Assembly: GCA_041946735.1 (NCBI GenBank)
Contig: JBHGAY010000009.1
Location: forward strand, 76,425-140,424
DNA: 64,000 nt
Origin: Candidatus Eiseniibacteriota bacterium
GTDB lineage: Bacteria > Eisenbacteria > RBG-16-71-46 > CAIMUX01 > VGJL01
Direction: 5' to 3'
Shown piece after piece: positions 19,751 through 30,029 of the stretch. A program made the position numbers and the translations under genes. How positions within the stretch are numbered: position 1 is the stretch's first letter; every line of letters starts with the position of its first letter. A model generated the notes under the pieces. It did not search any database and was not told the origin of the DNA. It saw only the letters and a program-made list of their open reading frames with translations.

Positions 19751-20972
19751 ATGCCGGACCACCGCGGGACGACGACGAGCCCGCCGCCCGCTGTTCCCGG
19801 ATCATCTCATAGAGCGGGGAGAGGGAGCGCAACCGCTTCACGGTCGCCACGACCCGCTCGGCGGCGATGTCGATCTCCGCCTCGGTGTTGAAGCGCCCGA
19901 GACTGAAGCGAAGAGCCGAGTGGGCGAGCTCCTCGCTGACCCCGATCGCCTTCAGCACGTGGGACGGCTCGAGGCTCGCCGAGGTGCAGGCGCTACCGCT
20001 GGAGAGCGCGATCCCCTGCAAGCCCATGAGGAGCGACTCCCCCTCGACGTGCGCGAAGCTCACGTTCAGGTTCCCGGGCAGGCGGCGCTCGAGATCCCCG
20101 TTGACGCGGACGTCCTCGAGGCCCGACACGATCCGTTCGCGAAGCCGGTCGCGCAACGCGCGCAGCCGCGCCGACTCGCCCGCCATCTCCTTGCGCGCGA
20201 TCTCGGCCGCTTCCCCGAGCCCCACGATCCCCGGGACATTCGCAGTTCCCGAGCGAATCCCTCCCTCCTGCCCGCCGCCGTGGACGATCGGCTCCAGCAC
20301 CACCCTCGGGTTCCTTCGCCGGACGTAGAGCGCGCCGGCCCCCTTCGGCCCGTAGATCTTGTGCGCGGAAACCGAGACGAGATCGACGCCGAACGCTTGA
20401 GCGTCGAACGGCACCTTCCCGATCGACTGCGCGGCATCGGTGTGAAAGAGCACACCGCGCTCCTTGCAGATCCTCCCGATCGCCGCGAGATCCTGCAGCG
20501 TGCCGATCTCGTTGTTCGCGTGCATCACCGAAACGAGGACGGTCGTGTCCCGGATGGCCCCGCGCACGGCGGCCGGGTCGACGAAGCCGCGGTCGTCGAC
20601 CGGCAGCAGGGTCGTCTCCGCGCCCTCATGCTCGAGGGCGGCGCAGACATCGAGGATCGCCTTGTGCTCGATCGCCGTCGTGACGATGTGGTTGCCTTTC
20701 GAGCGATAGCGGCGAAACACCCCTTTGAGGGCCAGGTTGTTCGACTCGGTCGCTCCGCTCGTGAAAACGATCTCCCGCGTGTTGACCGACAGGATCCGCG
20801 CGAGTTGGCCGCGGGCCTTCTCGATCGCCTCTTCCGCTTCCCATCCATACGGATGGTGATGGCTCGACGCGTTGCCGAAGCTCTCCCGCAGCCAGGGGAG
20901 CATCGCGTCGAGCACCCGCGGATCGAGCGGCGTCGTTGCGGCGTTGTCCAGGTAGATCCATCGGTCGTTCAT
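19749..20972 (-). CDS. iscS: Cysteine desulfurase, group I
   Basis: YLDNAATT, FTSGATESNN, HTDAAQ, SAHKIYGPKG (PLP Lys), SSGSACTS. Confidence 0.96.
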   Translation of the reverse strand: MNDRWIYLDNAATTPLDPRVLDAMLPWLRESFGNASSHHHPYGWEAEEAIEKARGQLARILSVNTREIVFTSGATESNNLALKGVFRRYRSKGNHIVTTAIEHKAILDVCAALEHEGAETTLLPVDDRGFVDPAAVRGAIRDTTVLVSVMHANNEIGTLQDLAAIGRICKERGVLFHTDAAQSIGKVPFDAQAFGVDLVSVSAHKIYGPKGAGALYVRRRNPRVVLEPIVHGGGQEGGIRSGTANVPGIVGLGEAAEIARKEMAGESARLRALRDRLRERIVSGLEDVRVNGDLERRLPGNLNVSFAHVEGESLLMGLQGIALSSGSACTSASLEPSHVLKAIGVSEELAHSALRFSLGRFNTEAEIDIAAERVVATVKRLRSLSPLYEMIREQRAAGSSSSRGGPA

Positions 20973-21062
20973 TCTCGTCCTCGGGGACTGCTCCCGGCCG
21001 TGTCGCCCATGCTCGCGCCGTCCGGTCGAAGGGAAAAGCTTGGCTGGTGCCGGAAAGAGGGA

Positions 21063-21091
21063 ATCGTTTCATCCACGCTGCCGACTGTCAA
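21063..21091 (-). promoter_or_regulatory. sigma70-like promoter for iscS-iscA
   Basis: Minus strand TTGACA-17 bp-AACGAT with an extended TG. Confidence 0.55.
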
Positions 21092-21221
21092 CACGTGGGG
21101 GATGGCGAGGATCCGTGCCCGCGGAAGCCGTCCGTCCGCCGCAGGCTCCCGGACCCTGTGTTTCGCCGGCCGAACGGCCGATACAATGGTCGAGACCTTC
21201 GTTCTAGGGGCGCGCGTCGCT

Positions 21222-21249
21222 TTGTCGGTCCCGTCCCCGGTCCTATAAT
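21222..21249 (+). promoter_or_regulatory. sigma70-like promoter
   Basis: TTGTCG-16 bp-TATAAT about 50 bp upstream of the ATG at 21301. Confidence 0.55.
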
Positions 21250-21300
21250 GAAGACAAATCGCGGGGAGGAAACGCATTGGCAGGAGACGGACGAAAGGGG

Positions 21301-21891
21301 ATGGCATTCGCGGGGAAGGTCGTAGCCCTGCCCAAGCTCCGCAAGGCGAGCTTCAGCCTCACCCTGCTCGAGTTCGCCCATTCTCTCGTCCTGATGCTGT
21401 GGGTAGGTTCGCTCGCCGGCTTCGGTCTCGTCGTCGGCCCCGCATTGCTGACCGTCATGCCGGATCCGGAGATGGCGTTCCGCGCGATGCTGGCCGTCAC
21501 CGAGCGCTCCGCCTTCCTTGGTTGCGGCGCGGGCGCGCTCCTCTTGCTCACGACGCTCCTGATGCACCTGCTCTCGCTTCGCCAAACGCGGACGACGATC
21601 GTGCAGATGCTCCTCCTCCTCGTCATGACCGGGGCAGCGGTCGCGAGCCAGATCTGGCTTTCGCCACAGATCCAGGCCGTTCTCGCTTCGCTTCCCGCCT
21701 CGCTCGCCGCCGTCCCCGCGGGCGATCCGCTTCGCGCTCAGCTCTCCCGCTTGAATCGCCTCGGGATGGGCGTGTTGACCGTGCAGGTGGTTGCCGGCAT
21801 GGGCGTGCTCTTCTTCGCCGTCCGACGCTGGTACCGATACCTGCCGGGGCGGACTTCGCAGCGACTCGCGCGCGAGTCCTCGCGGATCTGA
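21301..21891 (+). CDS. Four-TM membrane protein, DUF4149-like
   Basis: Four hydrophobic helices; LWVGS...GPALL and a late soluble loop resemble DUF4149. Confidence 0.65.
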   Translation: MAFAGKVVALPKLRKASFSLTLLEFAHSLVLMLWVGSLAGFGLVVGPALLTVMPDPEMAFRAMLAVTERSAFLGCGAGALLLLTTLLMHLLSLRQTRTTIVQMLLLLVMTGAAVASQIWLSPQIQAVLASLPASLAAVPAGDPLRAQLSRLNRLGMGVLTVQVVAGMGVLFFAVRRWYRYLPGRTSQRLARESSRI

Positions 21892-21974
21892 CCTCCGGGA
21901 TTCCGGCGTCTTCGCTTCGCTAGAGAGCCGCGCGAGGGCAACCGCGCGCGTGTTGCGCCGGGCGGGCCACGCGA

Positions 21975-23402
21975 TCAGACCACGAGGGGATCGCCCGGGC
22001 CGGGACTGACGGCGCCGGTGTCCTCCGGCCCCGCATCGCCGCCTCCGTTCGCGTCGAGATCCGACTCGTCCCCCGCGAGCGCGACCCCCTCGGCGAAGAG
22101 AGTGTGCGAGCTCGCTCGCGCGACGCGGACGACGCGGAAGTCCCCCTCGATCGCTCCGTCGGCAGGGAGAAGCACTGCCTTGCCATCGTCCGCCTTCCCC
22201 TTGATCGCGGCGCGGCTCCTTCGCGACGGCCCCTCCACGCGGACGAGCACCTCGCGGCCGATCCATCGCGCATACCGCTCCGCGGAGATCTCCTCCTGCA
22301 GGGCGATCATCCGCGTCAGCCGGTCCGCCTTGGACGCCTCGGGGACATCGTCCGCCTGGTGGCGGTACGCGAAGGTCCCGGGACGCGGGGAATAGCGGAA
22401 CAGGAACGCCCCGTCGAAGCGCACCGCGAGCAGCAGCGAAAGGGTCTCTTCGAACTCCTCCTCCGTTTCGCTCGGGAATCCCGCGATGAGGTCGGTCGTG
22501 ATCGCCGCGTCGGGAAGGACCGAGCGGATTCGGTCCACGACTTCGAGGAACTGCCGCCGCGTGTGTCCGCGCTTCATCGCGGCCAGGATTCGATCGCTCC
22601 CGCTCTGCACCGGCAGATGGATCTGCTTGCAGAGGTTCTCGTGCCGGGCCATCACCTCGAACACCTCGGGCGTGAAATCGGCCGGGTGCGGCGAGGTGTA
22701 GCGGATCCGCCGCAGCCCGGGGATTCGCGCGACGCGATCGAGGAGCTTCGCGAAGTCGGTCCCGCCGTCTCGATAGGAGTTGACCGTCTGGCCGAGCAGG
22801 GTGACGGCATTCGCGCCCGCCGAGACCGCTTCCTCGACCTGACGGAGGATCTCCTCGGCCGGCAGGCTTTTCTCACGCCCGCGCACGAGCGGCACGACGC
22901 AGAAGGTGCAGAAGCGGTCGCATCCACGCATGATCGGGATCCAGGCATGCCGGGCGCCGGGCCGGACGGCCGGCAGCCCCTCGTAGCGCTCCTCCTTGTC
23001 GAGAGCGAGGTCGACGAGCGGTCCTTCGCTGGAGGAGCGCGCGAGGTCGTCGGCGAGGCGGCGATAGGAGTCGGGACCGATCAGCAGGTCGACCGCCGGG
23101 AGTCTACGGAGCAGATCCTTGCCGAGATGCTTCGCCATGCATCCCGCCACCCCGATCCGCAGATCCGGCCTGTAGCGCTTGAGGAGCGCGAGCTGCCGCA
23201 CACGCGACGCGACGCGTTCCTCCGCTCTCTCGCGGACCGCGCACGTATTCAAGAGGACGACGTCCGCGAGCGCGGCCTCCCCGCTCACCTCCCAGCCGGC
23301 ATCGTCCAGCATGCGGAGCATCATCTCCGAGTCCGCCTCGTTCATCTGGCATCCGTACGTCTCGAGATAGATGCGGGGGCGCGGGGCGGGCGAAGGGGTC
23401 AT
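21975..23402 (-). CDS. miaB: tRNA-i6A37 methylthiotransferase
   Basis: ETYGCQMNEADS, NTCAVRE, GCDRFCTFC, TSPHP, YSPRPGT, C-terminal TRAM domain. Confidence 0.95.
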   Translation of the reverse strand: MTPSPAPRPRIYLETYGCQMNEADSEMMLRMLDDAGWEVSGEAALADVVLLNTCAVRERAEERVASRVRQLALLKRYRPDLRIGVAGCMAKHLGKDLLRRLPAVDLLIGPDSYRRLADDLARSSSEGPLVDLALDKEERYEGLPAVRPGARHAWIPIMRGCDRFCTFCVVPLVRGREKSLPAEEILRQVEEAVSAGANAVTLLGQTVNSYRDGGTDFAKLLDRVARIPGLRRIRYTSPHPADFTPEVFEVMARHENLCKQIHLPVQSGSDRILAAMKRGHTRRQFLEVVDRIRSVLPDAAITTDLIAGFPSETEEEFEETLSLLLAVRFDGAFLFRYSPRPGTFAYRHQADDVPEASKADRLTRMIALQEEISAERYARWIGREVLVRVEGPSRRSRAAIKGKADDGKAVLLPADGAIEGDFRVVRVARASSHTLFAEGVALAGDESDLDANGGGDAGPEDTGAVSPGPGDPLVV

Positions 23403-24961
23403 GCGCCGGGTCGCCTTCCTCGGGCGTCTTCGACCGGAGTTCCGCTTGCGGCCAGCGGCGCAGCGATCGGCTCGCCGCGCATCGTCCTCGCGTCGCCGGT
23501 CCAGTGGAGACGCACGGGAAGGCGCGCCCCCTCGGGAAAGCGGAACCCTTCGACCACGACCCGAATGTAGGTGTCGGTCACGCCTTGCGCGGATCCGTCG
23601 GCCTCGGCTTTCCCTTCGATCACGATCTCCGCCTGCTCTCCGTCCCAGCTCTGGAGGAAGGAGGCGCGGAGGCGCCGATCGAGGTCGCGGAGCAGGCGCG
23701 TCCGCCGCTTCTTCTCCGCCTCCGGCACCTCGCCGGGGAGTCGCAGCGAAGCGACGCCCGGCCGCGCCGAGTACGGAAAGACATGGAGATAGCCGGGGCT
23801 GATCGATTCGATCAGGCGGCGGGTGTTCTCGAACGCCTCCTCGTCCTCTCCCGGGAAGCCGAGGATCACGTCCGCTCCGATTGCGACCCGCGGAATGCGG
23901 GCGCGCGCGCGCGCGACGAGCTCCCGGTAGTCGGCCGGCGTGTACCCGCGCCCCATCCGGCGCAGGATCCTGGCATCGCCGCTCTGGAGCGGCAGGTGCA
24001 GATGGCGGCAGAAGCGGGGCGAGGAGGCGAGCGTGTCGAGGAGATCGTCATCGACCCATTGAGGTTCGAGCGAGTTCACCCGGATCCGCGCGAGACCGTC
24101 GATCTCGAGTAGCCGCCGCAACAGTCCGGCGAGGCCGGATGCGGCGGGGCGACCGCTCCGCGTTCCGCGGTCGGCGGAGTCGGCGCGGGGGGCGTGGTCG
24201 GCGCGGTCGGCGCGATCGGCGCCGTAGGAAGCGGAGTGGATTCCTGTGAGCGTGATTTCCGCATAGCCCGCCGTTACGAGCCGGCGCGCTTCCTGGAGGA
24301 TCTCTCCCTCGTCGCGGCTGACGCTCCCGCCTCGCAGGCGCGGGATGATGCAGTAGGTGCAACGCTCGTCGCATCCGTCCTGGATCTTCAGCGCGGCTCG
24401 CGTCCGGTAGCCGGTCGATCCGGTGGCATGGCGGAGGAAGCGGGTCGTCGTCGGTTCCGCGCTCCAGAGGATCTCGGGCGCCGGAGCTCCGCGTCGCTCC
24501 AGCGCCGTCCCCGCCTCCTGGCCGGGCGGCGCGGCGACCGCGCGGCGCGCGCTCCGCTCCGCGAGCATCTCCGGAATCCGCCACTTCTCGCCGTTGCCGA
24601 CGACGAGGTCTGCGCCGATCCGCGCCGCCTCTTCGGGATCGCGCTGGACGAAGCAGCCGGTGGCGACCACGCGTCCACCCGAGAGCCGGGCGGCGCGCCG
24701 GATCGCCTGGCGCGCGTCCGACTCGCCTGCGGCCGTTACGCTGCACGTGTTGACCAGCGTCCAATCGGCCGGTTGCCCGAAGGGGACCGGACGAAATCCG
24801 CGATCCGTCAAGCTGCCGAGGAGGCAGTCGACCTCTTCCTGGTTCGCCCTGCAGCCCAGGCTCAGGACGGCGATCGTCGGCGGCGGAACTTCCGCCGAGT
24901 CCGGCGTCGCCCCGACCGTCTCCGCAGTCTCGCCCCCGAGTCGCCGCTCGGCGTCGTCCAC
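23399..24961 (-). CDS. mtaB: tRNA-t6A37 methylthiotransferase (MtaB-like)
   Basis: LGCRANQEE, NTCSVT, KIQDGCDERCTYC, HVFPYSARPG. Confidence 0.88.
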   Translation of the reverse strand: MDDAERRLGGETAETVGATPDSAEVPPPTIAVLSLGCRANQEEVDCLLGSLTDRGFRPVPFGQPADWTLVNTCSVTAAGESDARQAIRRAARLSGGRVVATGCFVQRDPEEAARIGADLVVGNGEKWRIPEMLAERSARRAVAAPPGQEAGTALERRGAPAPEILWSAEPTTTRFLRHATGSTGYRTRAALKIQDGCDERCTYCIIPRLRGGSVSRDEGEILQEARRLVTAGYAEITLTGIHSASYGADRADRADHAPRADSADRGTRSGRPAASGLAGLLRRLLEIDGLARIRVNSLEPQWVDDDLLDTLASSPRFCRHLHLPLQSGDARILRRMGRGYTPADYRELVARARARIPRVAIGADVILGFPGEDEEAFENTRRLIESISPGYLHVFPYSARPGVASLRLPGEVPEAEKKRRTRLLRDLDRRLRASFLQSWDGEQAEIVIEGKAEADGSAQGVTDTYIRVVVEGFRFPEGARLPVRLHWTGDARTMRGEPIAAPLAASGTPVEDARGRRPGA

Positions 24962-25105
24962 GCATCCCTCCGTCTCGCGCGGCCGGGTCTCGCCGCGCCG
25001 CTGGCAGTGGTGTAGTCAGGATTCTGCAAGCTACTTCCGGCGACGGGCGGACGTCAATAAGTGGTCCGACTACGTTTCATTCGGAAGATGGCTTCGTCGT
25101 TGCCT

Positions 25106-25122
25106 CATACGTTCCTCTTATG
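25106..25122. promoter_or_regulatory. Putative LysR binding site (T-N11-A dyad)
   Basis: CATA-N9-TATG between the divergent mtaB and lysR genes, directly after a TTGCCT -35-like hexamer. Confidence 0.5.
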
Positions 25123-25200
25123 GTATCAGTGACATGTTGCTGAGAGCAGCCGCCGGATTAGGCGACCTAATCGGGGAGGCGGAGGAGGGGGAACAGCTCC

Positions 25201-26112
25201 ATGCAGGTGGAAACGCTGAAAATCTACTGCGACGTGATCGAGACGCAGAGCTTCTCGAAAGCGGCGATGCTCAACTACATCAGCCAATCTGCGGTCAGCC
25301 AGCAGATCCGCGGCCTCGAGGAGAAGTACGATCGAAAGCTGATCGAGCGCGGCAAGCGGAACCTTGCGCCCACGCAGGCCGGACGGTTGCTGTACGAAGG
25401 AGCGAAGGAAATCCTCGAGCGCTTCCGGCTCATGGAGAACCGGATCCAGGTCCTCTCCAAGACGATCGCCGGCTCGCTGCGCGTCGCGACGGTCTACAGC
25501 GTGGGCCTGCACGAGCTGCCGCCGTACCTGAAGGAGTTCCTCCGCCGCTACCCCTCCGCGAACATCCATGTGGAATACAGCCGGGCAAACAAGATCTACG
25601 ACGATCTCGTCACGGGCACCGTGGATCTCGGCATCGTCGCCTATCCGGTCCGGCGGAGCGGAATCGAGGTGATCCCCTTCCGCGAGGATCAGCTCGTCGT
25701 CATCGCCGCGCCCGACCATCCGCTCGCGAAGACGCGGAAGATCGATCTGGCGAAGCTCGCGCGCGTCCGTTTCATCGGCTTCGAGCGCGACATTCCGACG
25801 CGCCGCGCAATCGACCGCATCCTGCGTCAGAACGGCGTCCCCGTCGAGATCGTCATGGAATTCGACAACATCGAGACGATCAAGCGAGCGGTCGAGATCG
25901 GCGCGGGCGTCAGCATCGTTCCCTCGCTCACCGTCCGCAGCGAGATCGAGACCGGCTCGCTCGTCCCGATCGAGATCGGATCGGCCGACCTGCGCCGTCC
26001 CCTCGGCATCCTCGCCAAGAAGGGGAAGGAGAAGACCCAGGTGATGGAGAAGTTCATCGAGGTGCTTCTCGAAGGAAGACGGCCGGTTGCGATCGAAGGG
26101 GACGAGGAATAA
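25201..26112 (+). CDS. LysR-type transcriptional regulator
   Basis: SFSKAA..NYISQSAVSQQIRGLE HTH plus substrate-binding domain (IETIKRAVEIGAG). Confidence 0.95.
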   Translation: MQVETLKIYCDVIETQSFSKAAMLNYISQSAVSQQIRGLEEKYDRKLIERGKRNLAPTQAGRLLYEGAKEILERFRLMENRIQVLSKTIAGSLRVATVYSVGLHELPPYLKEFLRRYPSANIHVEYSRANKIYDDLVTGTVDLGIVAYPVRRSGIEVIPFREDQLVVIAAPDHPLAKTRKIDLAKLARVRFIGFERDIPTRRAIDRILRQNGVPVEIVMEFDNIETIKRAVEIGAGVSIVPSLTVRSEIETGSLVPIEIGSADLRRPLGILAKKGKEKTQVMEKFIEVLLEGRRPVAIEGDEE

Positions 26113-26132
26113 GGGAATTCCGGCGCCTGAAG

Positions 26133-26141
26133 TTTTCCACA
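26133..26141 (+). promoter_or_regulatory. DnaA box upstream of nrdJ
   Basis: TTTTCCACA matches TTWTNCACA exactly, in an AT-richer intergenic stretch. Confidence 0.5.
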
Positions 26142-26356
26142 CTTCTATCTTTCGCTGATGCAACCCGATGCGTTGAGTCGGGGTATTTTGCTTGCAACCG
26201 TGCATCGCCTCCCCTACCGTCCCGCCTTACCCGATACACGGTCCCGCTCACGAGAGCGCCTTCGGGAGCCCCACGCGAGAGGCGAGCCGGACGTACGGTG
26301 CCGATGTTTCATACTGCAGGAACCAACGCCGCAAGGAGCCGCACAGGAGGAAGGGC

Positions 26357-29290
26357 ATGAGTCGAAGGGAGTTCGATGAGGAGGGCCCCGGCCGGGTCTC
26401 CGGCACTTCCCAGAACGAAGCCCAGGACGAGGCGCTCGGGCGCCGGGCGGGACTGAAGTTCCGCCGGTATTTCACGAAAGCAGGGATCGACCCTTTCGAT
26501 ACGGTCAGCTGGGACATGCGGACCGCCGTGATCACCAATGAGTCCGGGGATGTGATCTTCGAGCAGACCGGTGTCGAGTTCCCGCGCACCTGGTCGGTGA
26601 TCGCGACGAACGTCGTAGCCTCGAAGTACTTCCATGGCGCCGTCGGATCCCCGGAGCGCGAATCGAGCCTGAAGCAGGTCATCCGTCGCGTGGTGGACAC
26701 GATCGGCCGCTGGGGCCGTGAGCTCGGCTACTTCCATGCGGACGAAGATGCCGATGCGTTCCACGAGGAGCTGAAGCATCTGCTCCTCTACCAGATGGCC
26801 GCCTTCAACAGCCCGGTCTGGTTCAACGTGGGGATCGAGGAGAGGCCCCAGTGCTCCGCCTGCTTCATCAATTCCGTGCAGGACACGATGGCCTCGATCC
26901 TCGATCTGGCGAAGACCGAGGGGATGCTCTTCAAGTGGGGCTCGGGCAGCGGGACGAACTTCTCCAGCCTGCGGTCGAGCAAGGAGAGGCTCTCCGGCGG
27001 CGGCACCGCCTCGGGTCCCGTCTCCTTCATGAAGGGGTACGACGCGTTCGCGGGCGTGATCAAGAGCGGCGGCAAGACGCGGCGCGCCGCGAAGATGGTG
27101 ATTCTGGACATCGATCACCCCGACGTGCTCGAGTACATCCGCTGCAAGGCGGAGGAAGAGAAGAAGGCGTGGGCCCTCATCGACGCAGGCTACGATGGCT
27201 CTCTGACCGGAACCGCCTACTCCAGCGTCTTCTTCCAGAACTCGAACAACTCCGTCCGCGTGACCGATGATTTCATGCACGCCGTGGAATCCGACGGGAT
27301 CTGGCAGACGAAGGGCATCCTCAGCCACGAGCCGATCGACACCTACAAGGCGCGCGACCTGTTCCGCGAGATGGCGGAGGCGGCCCACATCTGCGGCGAC
27401 CCCGGAATCCAGTTCGACACCACGATCAACACCTGGCACACCTGCCCGGTGACCGGGCGGATCCGGGCGTCGAATCCGTGCAGCGAGTACATGTTCCTCG
27501 ACGACACCGCCTGCAATCTCGCGAGCCTGAACCTCATGCGGTTCCGCACGCCGGGCGGCGATCTGGACGTGGAAGCGTTCTCCCACGCGGTCGCGACGCT
27601 GATCCTCGCGCAGGAGATCCTGGTCGACTGCGCCTCGTATCCCACTCCGCAGATCACGCAGAACAGCTACGACTACCGCCCGCTCGGGCTCGGCTACGCG
27701 AACCTCGGCACGTTCCTGATGGCTCGCGGGCTGCCGTACGACAGCGACGCGGGGCGCCACGTCGCGGCGGCGATCACGGCGTTGATGACCGGCCAGGCAT
27801 ACAAGACGTCCGCGGAGATCGCCTCTGTCACCGGCCCGTTCCGCGGCTTCGCGCCGAACCGTGAGGCGATGCTGGGGGTGATCGCGCGCCATCGCTCGCA
27901 CGTGAGCAAGGTCGATCCCTCGGTCGTTCCCGAGATGCTGCTCAACCGCGCGCGCAAGGCCTGGGACGAAGCGCTGGAGCTCGGCGAGCGCTGGGGATAC
28001 CGCAACTCGCAGGTCACGGTCCTCGCTCCGACCGGGACGATCGCGTTCATGATGGACTGTGACACGACCGGCGTGGAGCCCGACATCGCGCTGATCAAGT
28101 ACAAGAGGCTCGTCGGCGGCGGCGTGCTCAAGATCGTCAACCAGTCGGTGACCGAAGCGCTGGAGTACCTGGGCTACGACGAAGGACAGCGGCGCGAGAT
28201 CCTCGAGTACCTCGACGCGAACGAGACGATCGAGGGAGCGCCGGGACTCTCCGCGGAGCACGTCTCGATCTTCGACTGCGCCTTCAAGCCCCGCAACGGC
28301 GAGCGCTTCATCGGACCGATGGGACACGTCCGGATGATGGCGGCCGTGCAGCCGTTCCTCTCCGGCGCCATCTCCAAGACGGTGAACCTGCCGAACGAGA
28401 CGAGCGTCGAGGAGATCGAACAGGTCTACCTGGAGGCGTGGAAACTCGGACTGAAGGCGATCGCCGTCTATCGCGACGGATGCAAGCGCACCCAGCCGCT
28501 CAGCACCTCCCTGTCCGAGGAACCGCGCAAGGCGGCGACGGGCACGGAGACAGGAGCCGGGACGGGAGAGGAAGTGTCCGCAAGGACGGGCGCCGTCGCG
28601 CCGGGAGCGACGGCGGGCTCGAGCCCGGCGAGCGCGAGCGGTCCGGTGCACCCGGTGCGTCGCCGGCTCCCGGACGAGCGAGCGGCGATCACCCACAAGT
28701 TCTCGATCGGCGGGCACGAGGGATACATCACCGTCGGCCTCTACGAGGACGGCCAGCCGGGCGAGATCTTTCTCGTGATGGCGAAGGAAGGGACCGTCGT
28801 CTCCGGGCTCGTCGATTGCTTCGCGACATCGATCTCGATCGCGCTGCAATACGGGGTGCCGCTCAAGGTCCTGGTCGACAAATTCGTCCATACGCGCTTC
28901 GAGCCCTCCGGAATCACCTCGCATCCGGAGATCCGCTTCGCGAAGTCGATCACCGATTACGTCTTCCGCTGGCTCGCCCTGAAGTTCCTGCCGGATCACG
29001 AGGCGGTTCGCAACGGCAAGACGAACGACTTCGGCGCGGAGATGCATCGCGCCGAGGGAATGACTCCGGCGGCGGCGATGGCGGCGACGTCCACGTCGAC
29101 ATCCACGCCGGCTTCGACCTCCGCCTCGAGCTCCGCGGGCACGCCGCCCGGCGGGGCGGAAGAGCCGCTGGCGATCTACCAGATCGCCGACGACACGCCT
29201 CCCTGCCCCGTCTGCGGATCGCTGATGGTCCGCGCCGGCAGCTGCGCGCGCTGCTTCAACTGCGGAAGCTCGAGCGGCTGCGCCGGCTGA
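26357..29290 (+). CDS. nrdJ: Adenosylcobalamin-dependent (class II) ribonucleotide reductase with C-terminal TSCPD-like domain and Zn ribbon
   Basis: FNSPVWFN, QCSACFI, GGKTRRAAKM, SNPCSEY, APTGT, SGAISKTVN, YRDGCK; C-terminal CPVC..CFNC. RBS AGGAGG. Confidence 0.95.
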   Translation: MSRREFDEEGPGRVSGTSQNEAQDEALGRRAGLKFRRYFTKAGIDPFDTVSWDMRTAVITNESGDVIFEQTGVEFPRTWSVIATNVVASKYFHGAVGSPERESSLKQVIRRVVDTIGRWGRELGYFHADEDADAFHEELKHLLLYQMAAFNSPVWFNVGIEERPQCSACFINSVQDTMASILDLAKTEGMLFKWGSGSGTNFSSLRSSKERLSGGGTASGPVSFMKGYDAFAGVIKSGGKTRRAAKMVILDIDHPDVLEYIRCKAEEEKKAWALIDAGYDGSLTGTAYSSVFFQNSNNSVRVTDDFMHAVESDGIWQTKGILSHEPIDTYKARDLFREMAEAAHICGDPGIQFDTTINTWHTCPVTGRIRASNPCSEYMFLDDTACNLASLNLMRFRTPGGDLDVEAFSHAVATLILAQEILVDCASYPTPQITQNSYDYRPLGLGYANLGTFLMARGLPYDSDAGRHVAAAITALMTGQAYKTSAEIASVTGPFRGFAPNREAMLGVIARHRSHVSKVDPSVVPEMLLNRARKAWDEALELGERWGYRNSQVTVLAPTGTIAFMMDCDTTGVEPDIALIKYKRLVGGGVLKIVNQSVTEALEYLGYDEGQRREILEYLDANETIEGAPGLSAEHVSIFDCAFKPRNGERFIGPMGHVRMMAAVQPFLSGAISKTVNLPNETSVEEIEQVYLEAWKLGLKAIAVYRDGCKRTQPLSTSLSEEPRKAATGTETGAGTGEEVSARTGAVAPGATAGSSPASASGPVHPVRRRLPDERAAITHKFSIGGHEGYITVGLYEDGQPGEIFLVMAKEGTVVSGLVDCFATSISIALQYGVPLKVLVDKFVHTRFEPSGITSHPEIRFAKSITDYVFRWLALKFLPDHEAVRNGKTNDFGAEMHRAEGMTPAAAMAATSTSTSTPASTSASSSAGTPPGGAEEPLAIYQIADDTPPCPVCGSLMVRAGSCARCFNCGSSSGCAG

Positions 29291-29308
29291 TCCCACCGGT
29301 TCCGCTGT

Positions 29309-29342
29309 CGTGCCGGGGATCGCGCAGGCGATCCCCGGCACG
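29309..29342. other. Strong intergenic hairpin between nrdJ and pduO, no U-tract
   Basis: CGTGCCGGGGATCGC-GCAG-GCGATCCCCGGCACG, perfect 15-bp stem. Confidence 0.7.
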
Positions 29343-29361
29343 GCGCTGAGGAGACACCGGG

Positions 29362-29961
29362 ATGAAGATCTACACGAGGACCGGCGACGGCGGTGACACG
29401 GGGATCCTCGGCAGCCAGAGGGTGCCGAAGAGCCACGTCCGGATCGACGCCTACGGCGAAGTCGACGAGCTGAACTCCCTGCTCGGCTGGATGCGAGCCG
29501 GGATGGAGGATCCGGCCGTCTCCTCGCTCGTCGAGTCGATCCAGGGACTGCTCTTCGAGGTGGGGGCCGAACTCGCCCGGCCCCCTTCGCCATCCGGTGT
29601 GGCGCACGGCACACTGCGCGAAGAGGACGTGACCGCGCTCGAACGGGCGATCGATCGGATGGAGTCGAACCTCCCGCCGCTCTCTGCCTTCGTCCTTCCC
29701 GGGGGAAGCGAGGCGGGATGCCGCGCACACCTGGCTCGCACGGTCTGTCGCCGCGCCGAGCGCGCGGTCGTCCGGCTTCTTCTCGAAGAACCGTACGAGA
29801 CGCTCGCCGTCCGCTTCCTGAACCGCCTCTCCGACTTCCTCTTCGTTCTCGCGCGCAAGCTCAACCAGGATGCGGGAGCCACCGAGAAGCCGTGGGTCGC
29901 GCGCAGGCGCGGGGGCGCGCCGGCGTCCGGCTCGGAGTCGTCCCGGCCCAAAAGCGATTGA
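29362..29961 (+). CDS. pduO: ATP:cob(I)alamin adenosyltransferase, PduO type
   Basis: KIYTRTGDGGDT, AYGEVDELNS, ARTVCRRAER, LNRLSDFLF. Confidence 0.96.
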   Translation: MKIYTRTGDGGDTGILGSQRVPKSHVRIDAYGEVDELNSLLGWMRAGMEDPAVSSLVESIQGLLFEVGAELARPPSPSGVAHGTLREEDVTALERAIDRMESNLPPLSAFVLPGGSEAGCRAHLARTVCRRAERAVVRLLLEEPYETLAVRFLNRLSDFLFVLARKLNQDAGATEKPWVARRRGGAPASGSESSRPKSD

Positions 29962-30029
29962 CCTTCCCGCCGCGGGAGAAGAACCTGGGGTGGGTTTCGT
30001 CATGGCGTAGGGACGTGAGGAGGTCCGGG

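Noticed and set aside
26357..29290. Intein in NrdJ
   Set aside because: No intein terminal motifs or endonuclease block; the extra length is low-complexity linker plus a normal C-terminal domain.
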